Shown: positions 1 through 12,270 of the stretch, one piece after another | Layout of the letters: the number at the start of each line of letters is the position of its first letter | How positions within the stretch are numbered: the first letter of the stretch is position 1 | From: Chara braunii | Taxonomy: Eukaryota; Plantae; Charophyceae | Length of the DNA stretch: 64,000 bases | NCBI GenBank assembly: GCA_003427395.1 | Contig: BFEA01000015.1 | Coordinates: forward strand, 180,954 to 244,953 | Direction: 5' to 3' | Position numbers and translations under genes: made by a program | The notes under the pieces: generated by a model | Seen by the model: only the letters and a program-made list of their open reading frames with translations | Told to the model about the DNA's origin: nothing | Databases searched by the model: none

Positions 1-308
1 ACGATCCGTAAGAGCACTAATGGGATCAGACTAGCGATCACGATGAAAGGCCTGAGAGCGAGCTGTATCCTAATCAAGGTGCTCATCAGGATTAGTATAC
101 AGCTCGTTGCCAGGCCTTTCATCATGATCAGATTAGTAATCCTGATGACCCCCTTGATTAGGATACAACTCGTTGTTAGGCTTTTCATCGAGATCGCTAG
201 TACGATCCCATTAATGCTCCTGATGACCACCTTGATTAGGATACAGCTCGTTGCCAGGCCTTTCATCGTGATCGCTAGACCGATCCCATTACTGCTCTTA
301 CGGATCGT
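1..308. repeat. Imperfect foldback with ~90-bp arms, built from a degenerate tandem repeat
   Basis: 1-90 is the reverse complement of 219-308 with few mismatches. 91-308 holds about 3 copies of a 55-78 bp unit that reads DHDERPGNELYPNQGGHQ on the minus strand. Confidence 0.85.
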
Positions 309-702
309 AATCCGAGGGGAGGGAGGGGAAATAGCCGCCTTTGGGAAGGCTATGTTGTTGTTGTATCGGTGATCGAAGGCATTGGAAGGGTTTTCATTAT
401 CAAAAGACGTCAGGACTTTTCTCTCTCCTATGTGGTGTGAATCTTGCTTTGATTCAAGCTTTCAGTTTCGGCTCAACGACGTCAGGTCTTCTGTAGGATG
501 TCGCAACTTGTTTTTTCGCCTTTCCATTTGCTTATTTCCTTGCACATTCACAAATGTCGTGCTTGTTCTCCACTGCTGGATGCTGGAGTAGAAAGTGTTG
601 AAGTCATAACAATGGGGAAAACAATATGGTTTGTATTGACATTTGGGACGCTGATTCTGAAATCATGATGCACACAGTGAAAAAAAAAAAAAAAAAAAAA
701 AA

Positions 703-1612
703 NNNNNNNNNNNNNNNNNNNNNNNNNNNNNNNNNNNNNNNNNNNNNNNNNNNNNNNNNNNNNNNNNNNNNNNNNNNNNNNNNNNNNNNNNNNNNNNNNN
801 NNNNNNNNNNNNNNNNNNNNNNNNNNNNNNNNNNNNNNNNNNNNNNNNNNNNNNNNNNNNNNNNNNNNNNNNNNNNNNNNNNNNNNNNNNNNNNNNNNNN
901 NNNNNNNNNNNNNNNNNNNNNNNNNNNNNNNNNNNNNNNNNNNNNNNNNNNNNNNNNNNNNNNNNNNNNNNNNNNNNNNNNNNNNNNNNNNNNNNNNNNN
1001 NNNNNNNNNNNNNNNNNNNNNNNNNNNNNNNNNNNNNNNNNNNNNNNNNNNNNNNNNNNNNNNNNNNNNNNNNNNNNNNNNNNNNNNNNNNNNNNNNNNN
1101 NNNNNNNNNNNNNNNNNNNNNNNNNNNNNNNNNNNNNNNNNNNNNNNNNNNNNNNNNNNNNNNNNNNNNNNNNNNNNNNNNNNNNNNNNNNNNNNNNNNN
1201 NNNNNNNNNNNNNNNNNNNNNNNNNNNNNNNNNNNNNNNNNNNNNNNNNNNNNNNNNNNNNNNNNNNNNNNNNNNNNNNNNNNNNNNNNNNNNNNNNNNN
1301 NNNNNNNNNNNNNNNNNNNNNNNNNNNNNNNNNNNNNNNNNNNNNNNNNNNNNNNNNNNNNNNNNNNNNNNNNNNNNNNNNNNNNNNNNNNNNNNNNNNN
1401 NNNNNNNNNNNNNNNNNNNNNNNNNNNNNNNNNNNNNNNNNNNNNNNNNNNNNNNNNNNNNNNNNNNNNNNNNNNNNNNNNNNNNNNNNNNNNNNNNNNN
1501 NNNNNNNNNNNNNNNNNNNNNNNNNNNNNNNNNNNNNNNNNNNNNNNNNNNNNNNNNNNNNNNNNNNNNNNNNNNNNNNNNNNNNNNNNNNNNNNNNNNN
1601 NNNNNNNNNNNN
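703..1612. other. Assembly gap
   Basis: Run of N flanked by A-rich low-complexity sequence. Confidence 1.
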
Positions 1613-2180
1613 AAGACGAGAGAAAGACGAGAGAAAAACCAAAAAAAAAAAAACAGAGAAAGACGAGAGGAAAACCAAAAAAAAAAACAAAAAACAAAAA
1701 AACGACAGAAAAAAACGAGAGAAATTAAAATGGGAGAAAAAAACGAGAGGTAAAAACGAGAGAAAAAACAAACAATTTTCGCTTTCGTTGATGGAAGGAG
1801 GCGATAACTTCGTCTTCTTCTTTTTTTTCTCTCTCTTTCTCTTTCTTTCTCTTTCTTTCTCTCTCTCTGTCTTTCTTCCCTTCCCTCTCGCTCTCACTGT
1901 TACATATTCGCCATGTTCCATGTTCCTCGATTTCTCCTCCTCCTCCTCTCCCTCCTTCCCTCCTCTCTGCCCCCCCAATCTTCTCTCTCTCTCTCTCTCT
2001 CTTTTGCTTCAATCTCAAGTTTTCTCTTCTCCTCTCTCTCCCTCTGTTGTTTTCTCTTTGATTCCCCCTCTTCCATTCTCTCTGCTTTCTTTTCTCTCCC
2101 CTCTTTCTTTCAAATCCGTCCCCCCTCCCCTCCCACACCCCCTCTTTCCTCCTGCGCCTTCCCGCTCTCATCTTTCTAAC
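1613..2180. repeat. A/G-rich then C/T-rich low-complexity sequence
   Basis: Poly-A/GA tracts followed by CT tracts. Confidence 0.85.
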
Positions 2181-2674
2181 TTCAAATTAAAATGGAGAAT
2201 GAAGATGGTGAGAGACATGAGAGATGGGGATTCGAGATGAAGATGGAGATTAGTTCAATGGAGATATGAAGGAACTTGAAATTGGATATTGCATGTTGGA
2301 GATTTGATACTGGATCCGACAGGCCACGAGGGCCTTTTTTTTTTGTCCATTATTTGAAGGAATCTTCGACTACAACATGGAATAGTACACCTCCATGCAC
2401 GTGGTGAGTAGTGGAGCCAGGTCCTTCGTGTTCTACTAGTGTGTTGTCTGATTTGCTCTTCTGGACTCATATAACTTATTACTCATTATTCAGAACTCAC
2501 TCACTTGAAAAAAAAAAAAAAAAAAAAAACTCATTTCGCTACACAACATTCTATTCCATCTGGAAAAAAATAAAATAAAAAAAAGGACTGCCAAAAGATG
2601 TATGTGAGGAGGACTCTTTTTTCAGGACCTTAAGGTGGCATCACTGAGACAGTGGAAAGCATAAAAAATTGTCG

Positions 2675-2728
<54 letters not shown>

Positions 2729-3181
2729 CAAAGAGAGCAAGAGAACAAGAAGAGNAGTGTGTGTCAAAGTTGGTTCACTACTGGGGGCCAAGTGTTGTGC
2801 CTTACGGTTTTGTGTGTGAAGAAATGACACGCACTGGCCAACCGTCCCCAATGGTGTGTTCACTGTGCGCCAGCCGCTTCTGAGGGGCACATCTTTGTTA
2901 TAATCGATCAAGCAGAGAATTAGGGAGAATCTTCAGTAATCTGAGGGCCATATCTTTGTTGCAATCGATCAAGCAGAAATAGTAGTTGGAGCAATTGTTA
3001 AAAAAAAAAATAAAAAAATTAGTAAATGGTTTAGATTTATGGAGTGGCCCATGCCTAGAACTGTTGTTTTACAGATTGTGAAAGTTTGAGCTTTGATGGA
3101 TACGCAGTATGCCAAGGCCTGCTCATGTTAGGACACAAATATGTGTTTGATTCCTATCAGTAGATGAATCATAAATGAAAG

Positions 3182-3836
3182 AATGTCAATGGTTGCACTC
3201 TTGTAAACACCAACACAAGTATCCAGGCCCTATCTCGTACTTGGCGCATGGCGCCCAGCCTACTCTCACCCAGCTACTGCTAGCCTACGAATAGACAATG
3301 CAACTGTTGACGTCAACAGCCACCGAAGTGCTTGAAGATGCTGCCCAATGCAGACCACCGCCAATACCAAGTATGAGCCTCACAGCATCTTCTTCATCTC
3401 TCCCACTCTCTCCCCTCCTTGTCTTTCACCCACGTCTTCTCCCTGTCCTTGTCTTTCACCCACGTCTTCCGGTAGGGCATGTCCGGATGGGCATGTCCGG
3501 TAGGGCATGTCAGGATGGGCATGTCAGGATGGGCCTCTGCTGCTGTTGTTGGTGCCCTGGGCCCCGTTCGGTTACGCAATCCAACTGGTTATCGTGCGCG
3601 ATGCTGTCGATGTGGCCCAAGGCCTGCTTTGAAAAAGGCCGAGAAGACCCTGGAGATTTTTGCCGCTAGTGGCCTGGGTTCCCTCAACCAACTGACGCGA
3701 CGCAACTGTCTGAACCCAAAATGCGATATTTACAACAATGGGTCTCTCGTAATTTGTCAGTCCCGCCTTCACTTAGGGCAGGCAGATTTGCCAATTGGGG
3801 CCCTTACGCCTGCCGAGGAGCCTGATCCTCGCAGTA
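3182..3836 (+). mobile_element. Dispersed repeat, diverged inverted homologue of 38747-39625
   Basis: Shared blocks with the reverse complement of 38747-39625 include tacttggcgc..ggcgcccagcctactc, atgcaactgttgacgtca, cccgccttcacttaggg and gcctgccgagga. Confidence 0.8.
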
Positions 3837-3911
3837 TCTGTTGTGATCAATTTCATATCTGATCCGAGGAGCCTGATCCTCGCCTTCACTTGGTACAAGC
3901 GACATGTACGA

Positions 3912-4007
3912 GCGTGTGTGTGTGTGCCAGTTTCTGTGTGTTTGTGTATGTGTGTATGTGTGCCTCTATTTGTGTGCGGTTGTCTATGTGTGCACCCACA
4001 TATATCG

Positions 4008-4045
<38 letters not shown>

Positions 4046-4050
4046 GTGTT
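3912..4050. repeat. (TG)n microsatellite
   Basis: Direct inspection. Confidence 0.95.
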
Positions 4051-4163
4051 GTTCGTTTGCATGTTCTTCAAATTTCACGTCGTGGCAAAGTCGACAACTG
4101 AAGTGGTTGACGTCATTGTGTCCTTGTACTGGTAGACGGAACTGACAGAGAAGAACAAGCATC

Positions 4164-5090
4164 ATGTCTATGTCGGCAAAAGAGGTACAGTCAGCTCTCT
4201 TTGAGGTGATGAAATATGCAACCCGGGGTGTTCACTATGATAGCAACACGGAGTTGGAGATGTTGAAGGAAAGAATGCCTGCGTACTTCAATGTCAGGGT
4301 GGACATCCATAGGACGATTGGTGTAAATGGAGACAAGGCAACCACAACACTACATCTTTTGGACCGCCTGAAGCGAACAAGAGAAGCGCATAGCGAAAGT
4401 CAGGCAGAGGAGTCAGCGTATAGCCTGAAGGGAGTCGTGGAATGGATGTGTGAGGATACAGATATTGATATGTCGATGTAGTAGACAGGAGGTGTTTACG
4501 GGACCACAAAATTCAAGAAACTCATGAAATTCTAGGCAAGAAGTGCAGGAATGGTCCAAGGGGGAACGAAGGATGACATAAAGCTAAACGGAGCAGAAAT
4601 TTTATCGTTGTCAAGGACAAAAGACATACCACAAGCATCCCCAAAAGACTTTCATGATCTTTCAATGATAGTTGCGGATGGTGTAGAGTACGTTCTACTG
4701 GACCAAATGGTGGATTTCATGAAGAAATCTTCAGAGGACAAAAATGTCATCGATGAGGTGTTACACGACGTGACAGAGCAAGCAATTGATGGACACGACG
4801 TTATGCAATACATCAACAGGAATGAGGAGGATGAGTTGGTGATGGGGACACCATTGTGCGAAGGAACAATAATGGCGGTCTTGCGACAGCTTGGACAGGC
4901 GGCTTCTAAAGTGGAGAGACAAAGGAAGAGGACAGAAGTATGGACAATGGTGGCAAAACATGCTTTGCTTCCACCTCAAGGAGCAACACAAGGGACCGTG
5001 ACATCTGCACGCACAGAGATGCCGCTCACCACAATTTGTACTTCAACAAATATGTGTTGTAGAATGTGGCGGAAAACAATGCATCAATGA
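4164..5090 (+). pseudogene. Degenerate ORF of unknown product, possibly the 5' exon(s) of the Ulp1-like gene
   Basis: ORFs 4164-4481 and 4551-5090 are in the same frame, separated only by TAG codons. Composition is protein-like. Confidence 0.5.
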
Positions 5091-5418
5091 AGGGCGTGTG
5101 AACATATCAGTCCTCCATGCTATGCATGCACGTTTCGATATGGAAGATGGTACAATAGTTTCTCAAACAAGCGGCCAAAGGTTCACAAGTGGGTGTTTGT
5201 CGCTTTGGCAACTGGCACCATATAAGCCAAAAATGCCCGTACTAGTGAACTTCTTTCTCACTCTCTCTCTTTCTCAATGGATGTTATTTCCAAGGTTTGC
5301 ATGTCACCATTGAACATCGTAAATAAGTAACGTTTATTCACTGCAAACGGAATTGTTACGCACTTGTGTCACAGGGAAAATGTCAGAAACAACAAAGACG
5401 CAGACTGTCGGATAATCC

Positions 5419-6671
5419 ATGATAAAGGATTTAAGACAACCGCAACAAAAACGAAGGATGTCACCTCCTAATCGTTCCCAAAAGGAGGCGAACATGCACA
5501 TTCACAGGGCGACTGAAGGTAACAAATTGGCGATTAGAGAGAGCAGTGGAACTGGACATGAGCGAAGCGTGGTCAATATGATAGAGAGACAGAATGTCAC
5601 CCTCACAACGCGCGAGGGAGACTCGAAGTCCTTGCAAAATGTGCCTCCACCGTGGTCGAGGGAGAGGTCGAAGAGGAGCTGGGAAAACCCGGGTAAGCTC
5701 CCTTGGTTTAATGAGATGTACTCGCTATTGACGACAGGATGCATCCACTCGCTGCATATGACAACGGAAGTCTCGTTGAAGCAAAGCGATAAAGGCGAAG
5801 ATGATGACGACTCTTCTGACAGCTCGTAGGCTATCGCGGAGGTGAATGAAGACGGTTTGTTTCCGTTCATATGAAAAACAAGAACACACGAGGCAATAGT
5901 CGTGGAAACGAACATTCTGCGTTTGGAAGACCGGAAGTGGTTGAATGACACAATAATGAATATGTATTTGCAGTCTGTATTTGAACAACACTTTGAAAAT
6001 GATGATAGTGCACCCGTGCACGTGTGCACAAGTTTCTGGCATGCAGTTATCATCGCACATCAAAAAATTGATGTGGCGAAAAAAGAGTGGGAGACGCGTA
6101 TAAAGAATCGTTCGAAAAAACTGAGTGGACTCTGTGACAAACTGCGAAGAAATCCAGTGGTTCTCATTCATGTGAACCACGAGGAACATTGAATGCTTCT
6201 CGTGTTGTTGAAAGAGGGGGATGACAGCAGACCGCCAGTTACCATACTTGTGGACTCATATCGAGGGGAGAAGATCAACAATGGAAGGCATTGCGGACAT
6301 TTCTCTGCCACGAGTACCTCTGTCACCATTACAACGGAGATGATTTGACTCAAGAGAAGGTGGACACATCATGGAACACCTGCAGAGATATGTTTGGTCA
6401 TGGACTTCTTCATGCAAGATGCTCGCAACAAAACAACGAAGAGGATTGTGGTGTTTACGTGTGTTGCGTATCAACAGGGTTGATTGACAAACTGGTGAAA
6501 GAGAAGGCATATCAGAACGCCTCTTCCACGGACGTGCTCCGAATTGTGGAGAACGTTATAGTGCACGAGAAAACTGTTCAACAATTTCGACAATCAACAA
6601 TTGACAGCATCGCAAGAGTAGCAGCCGAAGCGAAGGGTTACAACATACTCGCCTCAAATAGGATAACATAA
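5419..6671 (+). pseudogene. Ulp1/SENP-like (peptidase C48) cysteine protease pseudogene, transposon-associated
   Basis: Motifs in order: LEDRKWLNDTIMNMYL, TSFW, HVNHEEH* (HW with TGG>TGA at 6190-6192), ILVDS, then QQNNEEDCGVYV after a frameshift near 6285. Confidence 0.85.
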
Positions 6672-6754
6672 ATATTCAGAGGGCTCATCCAGAAAGGCAA
6701 CGATAAACTGCATTCATAAAGTGTGTGTGTGCGACATACGCGTGTGTGAGAGAA

Positions 6755-6940
6755 TATGTATATATTAAATATATATATATATGTATGTATATATATATTA
6801 ATATATATATACATATATTATATATATACACATAATATCTATATATCGTCAAATAGAACTGCCCGGTATATGTACATATATATAGACATATATATATATA
6901 TATATATATACATGTATATATATATATATATATATACATT
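6755..6940. repeat. (TA)n-rich microsatellite
   Basis: Direct inspection. Confidence 0.95.
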
Positions 6941-7959
6941 TTTATGTTGTATCTACATGTTAATAATAACACTCTTTCACCCTCCTTTACTCGTTTTTTT
7001 CAGTGGTTGTATGCAAGTGTTCGTGACAACTGCCTTTTCACGGGTGATGGACAAAGAATGTGGTCAATAGTGGTCCTACCCAATCTTAGCTTATTGTGTC
7101 AATATAGGTTTGGCTGTCAATTTCCTTTGTTTATTTTATTAAACTGAGTAATAAAGACAAAATCACCATAGATGTGGGGTGCCACATGCATCATACGTGC
7201 AAAACATGTATATCAAGTGGTTCACTAGTGTGAGCCACGACAATGCACGACGGTGAGAAGAAAAGAAAAATGACCCATAGTAGTGAACCAATAAAGATAG
7301 TCTATTTCAGGTAGTGGAAGGGAGGACAAAATATCTAGACTGCATATATGTTCATCTATTTTAGTATCTGCATAAAATGGAACAGTAATACGGGTACGGA
7401 CACTACACGGGCAACATCGAGAATGATCGTAATTCACCACAATGCGTTGTGAGGCAGTGTTTGGGTCACAGCGGGGGTCCACCTCCCATCACGACTTCAA
7501 CATGTCATCCGATGTTCAACAGTTGATCAGCAAAATTTCAACATGCTGCCAACATTGGGTTCAATACTGACCCACATACCATCTCATGTGTAACATAAAA
7601 GGAAATTATTTTTTTCCTTCACTTCCTGTGTAGCATATGACTTGTCCCTCAGTGAACAGAAAATATACACACTATCAACAGTTGGTTGCATGCATCGACA
7701 TACCCTAAACTTTCGAATAAAAATCCCACATTTTTTTTGTTGTTTCGTGAAATCTACTGTGCAGTAGCAAAACCACAGTGTCGTTGGAGGCTAGACGGAA
7801 ATGTGTATAAGTGGATTGCTCGGGGTTCACACCACAAGTGCGCGGTACAACGTTTACTTGCAACTACTGCCTCTCACACCTCTCTCTACTACTGCCCATC
7901 TACCATTGTCGGCTACACACATGCCTCTCACACCTCTCGCTCCTTTTCCCTTAAACACA

Positions 7960-9580
7960 AGGTCTGATAACCCGTCCGGATCTAGTGACGTTCGGGGTTT
8001 CCCACGAACGAGGTCGTGAGCCGAAGCCATATATAGCATTCATTGATGATCCATATACGTGGATCGGAGGATCCTCAACTGTTGCATCCTCCGAAAATAC
8101 GGACATGTATTTCATCCTCACAAACACTCCTGGTCGTGCTAAGGAATTTCCTATACAGTCTTATATGTCGGACACTCTCTTCCACCTCACGCCACAACGA
8201 AAAATCTTTGACTTGGCCTGCTATCACCAAAGTTGGTCACCCATCTAAACCAGGACGCCCACGCATAGGCACGAACTTGGACCCCTCAATTACCACCTCG
8301 TTGCGTGATACACACACAACTGCATCGACGAGTTTCCTACTTTCGTCCGAAGTAGCGACACATAGCACTCTGGCGAAATCATATTCGGATACAGTCAACC
8401 ACACACAACAGTACGACATAGCCTGTGGAGAAATCCCGGGGCAACGGAGTGGGTGCTGCTTCAAAAATGAACAATGACGAGCGCAGTCCACCAACTCTTG
8501 TTTCCTCGACCTTCCTCAAGTTCGTGGCGAAGACATGATGTACTAGTGGCAGTCGAGGCGACTGAAATAGCGGCTGATGCAGCGGAGTGTTTTGCGCATA
8601 CGGTTCAGGAACTTGTGCTCAAGGACACCATCAGGCTATGTTGCATGATCGGTCACGGCCGGGGCCGAAAACTCGGCCGCGGCCACAGTCGTTGGCCAAA
8701 TCGGCCGGGTTCGGCCACTGCCGACCAACCAAGTTTGGTGCAACAATTTTTTTTTCATATTTTAACGCAAAAAAATAAAATAAAAAAAATGGGCGTGTAG
8801 GGGTCAGAAATCCCTACACACCTATATTTNNNNNNNNNNNNNNNNNNNNNNNNNNNNNNNNNNNNNNNNNNNNNNNNNNNNNNNNNNNNNNNNNNNNNNN
8901 NNNNNNNNNNNNNNNNNNNNNNNNNNNNNNNNNNNNNNNNNNNNNNNNNNNNNNNNNNNNNNNNNNNNNNNNNNNNNNNNNNNNNNNNNNNNNNNNNNNN
9001 NNNNNNNNNNNNNNNNNNNNNNNNNNNNNNNNNNNNNNNNNNNNNNNNNNNNNNNNNNNNNNNNNNNNNNNNNNNNNNNNNNNNNNNNNNNNNNNNNNNN
9101 NNNNNNNNNNNNNNNNNNNNNNNNNNNNNNNNNNNNNNNNNNNNNNNNNNNNNNNNNNNNNNNNNNNNNNNNNNNNNNNNNNNNNNNNNNNNNNNNNNNN
9201 NNNNNNNNNNNNNNNNNNNNNNNNNNNNNNNNNNNNNNNNNNNNNNNNNNNNNNNNNNNNNNNNNNNNNNNNNNNNNNNNNNNNNGGGGGGAACATAGCC
9301 ATCAGGCAGTGTAATGAGGTTCTCTAACTCTAACATATTGGCAAACTTGTACTGGCTCGCCCAAGGGCAGCCACTTTCCATCGCGTCCCAATTACCCTCG
9401 CACCAATCGTCAATATGTCGGATCAAGTACGAGACTACGGTCATCCATGGGTCCTCTTCGAAGTCCTCTATGGTTGCTTCGTGGATCGAAATATGACCGT
9501 CACAACGACGCACCGATTTCGCACAAGGAGGAAACGGTTCTGCTAAGCGCATGTGTGTCTCGGGACTCATGCTTATGCTT
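7960..9580 (-). pseudogene. Unknown transposon-accessory gene, copy A, interrupted by a TIR element
   Basis: The translation aligns with 34245-34820(+): FEEDPWMTVV vs FENDPWTSVV, CPW, KQELVDCA vs KQELLDCA, MSYCC, RVLCVA, LVDAV. Removing 8634-9300 plus one TSD copy restores the frame. The 3' limit is approximate. Confidence 0.75.
8634..9300. mobile_element. Non-autonomous TIR element with 4-bp TSD (ATCA)
   Basis: TIR GGCTATGTT (8634-8642) and AACATAGCC (9292-9300). ATCA at 8630-8633 and 9301-9304. The interior is mostly an N gap. Confidence 0.8.
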
Positions 9581-10203
9581 GCCGACGCTCTCAACGACAT
9601 TATGCACCCTACACATCACACACACATATTAAACGACACATACGGATATGTAGACACTCGTAAATAAAGTCGTCAAATGATAACTCCCCTGGTGAGGCCA
9701 ACACACAGTCGTCACGTCCCGAACTGATTATTCACGAGGTTTCCACATCCGTTTAAGCACATGCACTGCACAAGCACACGGGCATGCAGCCCCGCCCGAT
9801 GTGTTCACGTAACTGCATTTCCCCCCCCAAACAAACGATATTTTCTCCGTTCCTAACTTCCAGTGATGGTACATGCCTGTCCAAGCCGAACTATCTATAA
9901 CACGTTTAACATCGGGATTCGAGAACACCCAACAAATGACAACAGAAAAAGTTGTAGTCTTTGTAGTCAAATTGTACGTGATCAGTGCAAAAACAAATCG
10001 TTCGAGGTCAGACGGAAATGCGGGTCCGATCCAGGGCCACGAGGCAGACCAAAGGGCATGTGGAAACGCGAAGTTCGTCGTGTTCCGAACTTAAGGAGGG
10101 TGCGAGAGAGAGATAGAGAAAGAGACAGGTTCTGTACTTGCATGTTTGGTGAAATCCACTTCACAGAAGGAAAATCACAGTGTCGTTGGAAGCTAGACAA
10201 AAA

Positions 10204-10469
10204 AACAGCCATTTCGTCATAACGGACATATTATATTTTTTGAACGAAATCAAAACTGACTTTTTTTGCCAGAATCCGGTCGGATTTTTTTGCTCCTGGG
10301 GGTCCGGCGTTCCGAGAACGCCGGACCCCCTACATGTATCTGGTCTATGGTTGAGACCAGATACAAAAAAAAAAAAAAAAACCCAGATTTTTTTGCTCCT
10401 GGGGGTCCGGCGTTCCGCCTACATGTATCTGGTCTATGGTTGAGACCAGATAAAAAAAAAAAAAAAAAA

Positions 10470-10531
<62 letters not shown>

Positions 10532-10574
10532 TTGTACCCCCAAAAAAAATTTTTTTTTTTTGCAATTTCCCAAA

Positions 10575-10616
<42 letters not shown>

Positions 10617-10776
10617 TATTTGGTCTCAACCATAGACCAGATACATGTAGGGGGTCCGGCGTTCTCGGAACGCCGGACCCCCAAGAGCAAAAAAATCCGA
10701 CCGGATTTTGGCAAAAAAAATTAGTTTTGATTTCGTTCAAAAAATATAATATGTTCGTTTTGACGAAATGGCTGTT
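10204..10776. mobile_element. Foldback MITE with ~175-bp TIRs
   Basis: 10204-~10380 is the near-perfect reverse complement of ~10600-10776 (AACAGCCATTTCGTCA...TGACGAAATGGCTGTT). The centre is poly-A/poly-T. The TSD is probably AAAA. Confidence 0.92.
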
Positions 10777-12136
10777 AAAATGAGTAATCCGCCTGCATCC
10801 GAACATGTTCCGCTGTTCGGTTTCGCAATGTGTTAAGTACCATAGCGGATGCAGCTAACGTTCGGCGGCTGGACTCGAGGAACCTTCACGGTTTTCACGA
10901 CAGGGCAAAACGCGAAGTTCGAATCCGGGCGAACTTGTGTTCTTGTTGCACTCCACGAGGCGCCTGAAAGACCACATTCAGAACTGAAAACATGCGAAAA
11001 TGCAAAGTTTGCTGAGAGTCGTACTTAACGAGTGTGCCACGATCAGTACTTGCGTGGTTGGTGAAATCCACGACGCACCGGGTCGACCAGTCACAAAAGA
11101 GGTCCGATGGAAAAGCGAAGGCCGCCATCATCCCCAATTCGCATGCTGTCCGGTTTCGCGATATGCGCCTTTTGGTCTTGGACGCAGCTAACGTTCGAAG
11201 ATCTGATTCAAGCAAGCATATTCGGTGATTCCGTTTCGGAATACCGTGAAGTTCGGATTCGGGAGGACTTGGTTATTGTCCGAATGAAGTTCGTCGGGAT
11301 CCGAACTTCGCGAGAGTGCGTGAGAGAGAGAGAGACAACTGTCTGTCAAACTCGCAGTCCCACGCTCTCTTGAAGTCCAAATCCCGGCGGACTTCACATT
11401 TTCAATCCTCTGGTGTGGCTGTGGTCTGGGGTTGCCCCGCGTATTCGAAGCACGGTCGTTGGCCATTGTTTGCGACTGAACTTAACATATTGCGAAATCA
11501 GTCAGCAGAAGAAGTTCGGATTCCGGCGAACTTCGCGTTTTCAACGAAACATGATCGGTCGTCTGATGCGCCTCCGAATTTGGACATGCTTGTGTTGCTG
11601 TACGAATCGACGGGCGCATCAGAGGACGGATGAGAATGCGAAGTTCGCAGGAATCCGAACTTCTTCCGCTGTCTTATTTCGCGATCTGCTTAGTTCGAAA
11701 ATGGGTGCAGCCAACGTCGGGAGGTTGGATGCGGACGACCTCGTTCCCATGCCCCGTTTGGACAAGACGCGAAGCTCGGATGCGGGCGTACTTGAGTTGT
11801 TTGTCGAAATCGCTCGACAGCAGAATGACCATAACCATATGATGGGATATGCGAAAATGCGAAGTCCGCCAGGATCCGGACTTCAACAAAATGTGGGGCT
11901 GGGAAATTGACTAAGAGTTCGAGAGAGAGGCGGACGAAGAGATGGAGAGAGGTGGAGAGATATCGAGAGAGAGAAATGAAAATTTCAGATGTCGGCGGAC
12001 TTGAGCATTGCTCCGCGGTGGATGGGGGCTTCCGAATTCCAGGATTGTCCCGGCGACGATGCGACGCGATCGGACGTTGGGGTGCCGTTGCATTTCGACG
12101 ACGCAGGGTGTGGTGGCTGAACAACGTTCATTGAGC

Positions 12137-12270
12137 AACAAGTTTCAATGATCAACGAGGTTTGACATCCAGTGACGTTCGATGTTCAACAAGGTTGGAC
12201 GTCCGACGAGGTTTGATGCCCAACAAGGTTCGATGGCCAACAAGGTTCGGTGTGCAACATGGTTGTGAGG
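12137..12270. repeat. Degenerate 17-bp tandem repeat (CAACAAGGTTCGATGNC), about 7-8 copies
   Basis: Direct inspection. Confidence 0.75.

Noticed and set aside
548-2240. Long ORFs across the first gap and the CT/GA tracts
   Set aside because: Artefacts of N runs and low complexity.
3810-3840. Helitron 3' end at the terminal hairpin
   Set aside because: No CTRR terminus follows the hairpin in either copy.
10915-10936. GTTCGAATCC as a tRNA B-box or tRNA gene
   Set aside because: It is a variant of the 22-bp motif, with no cloverleaf or A-box around it.
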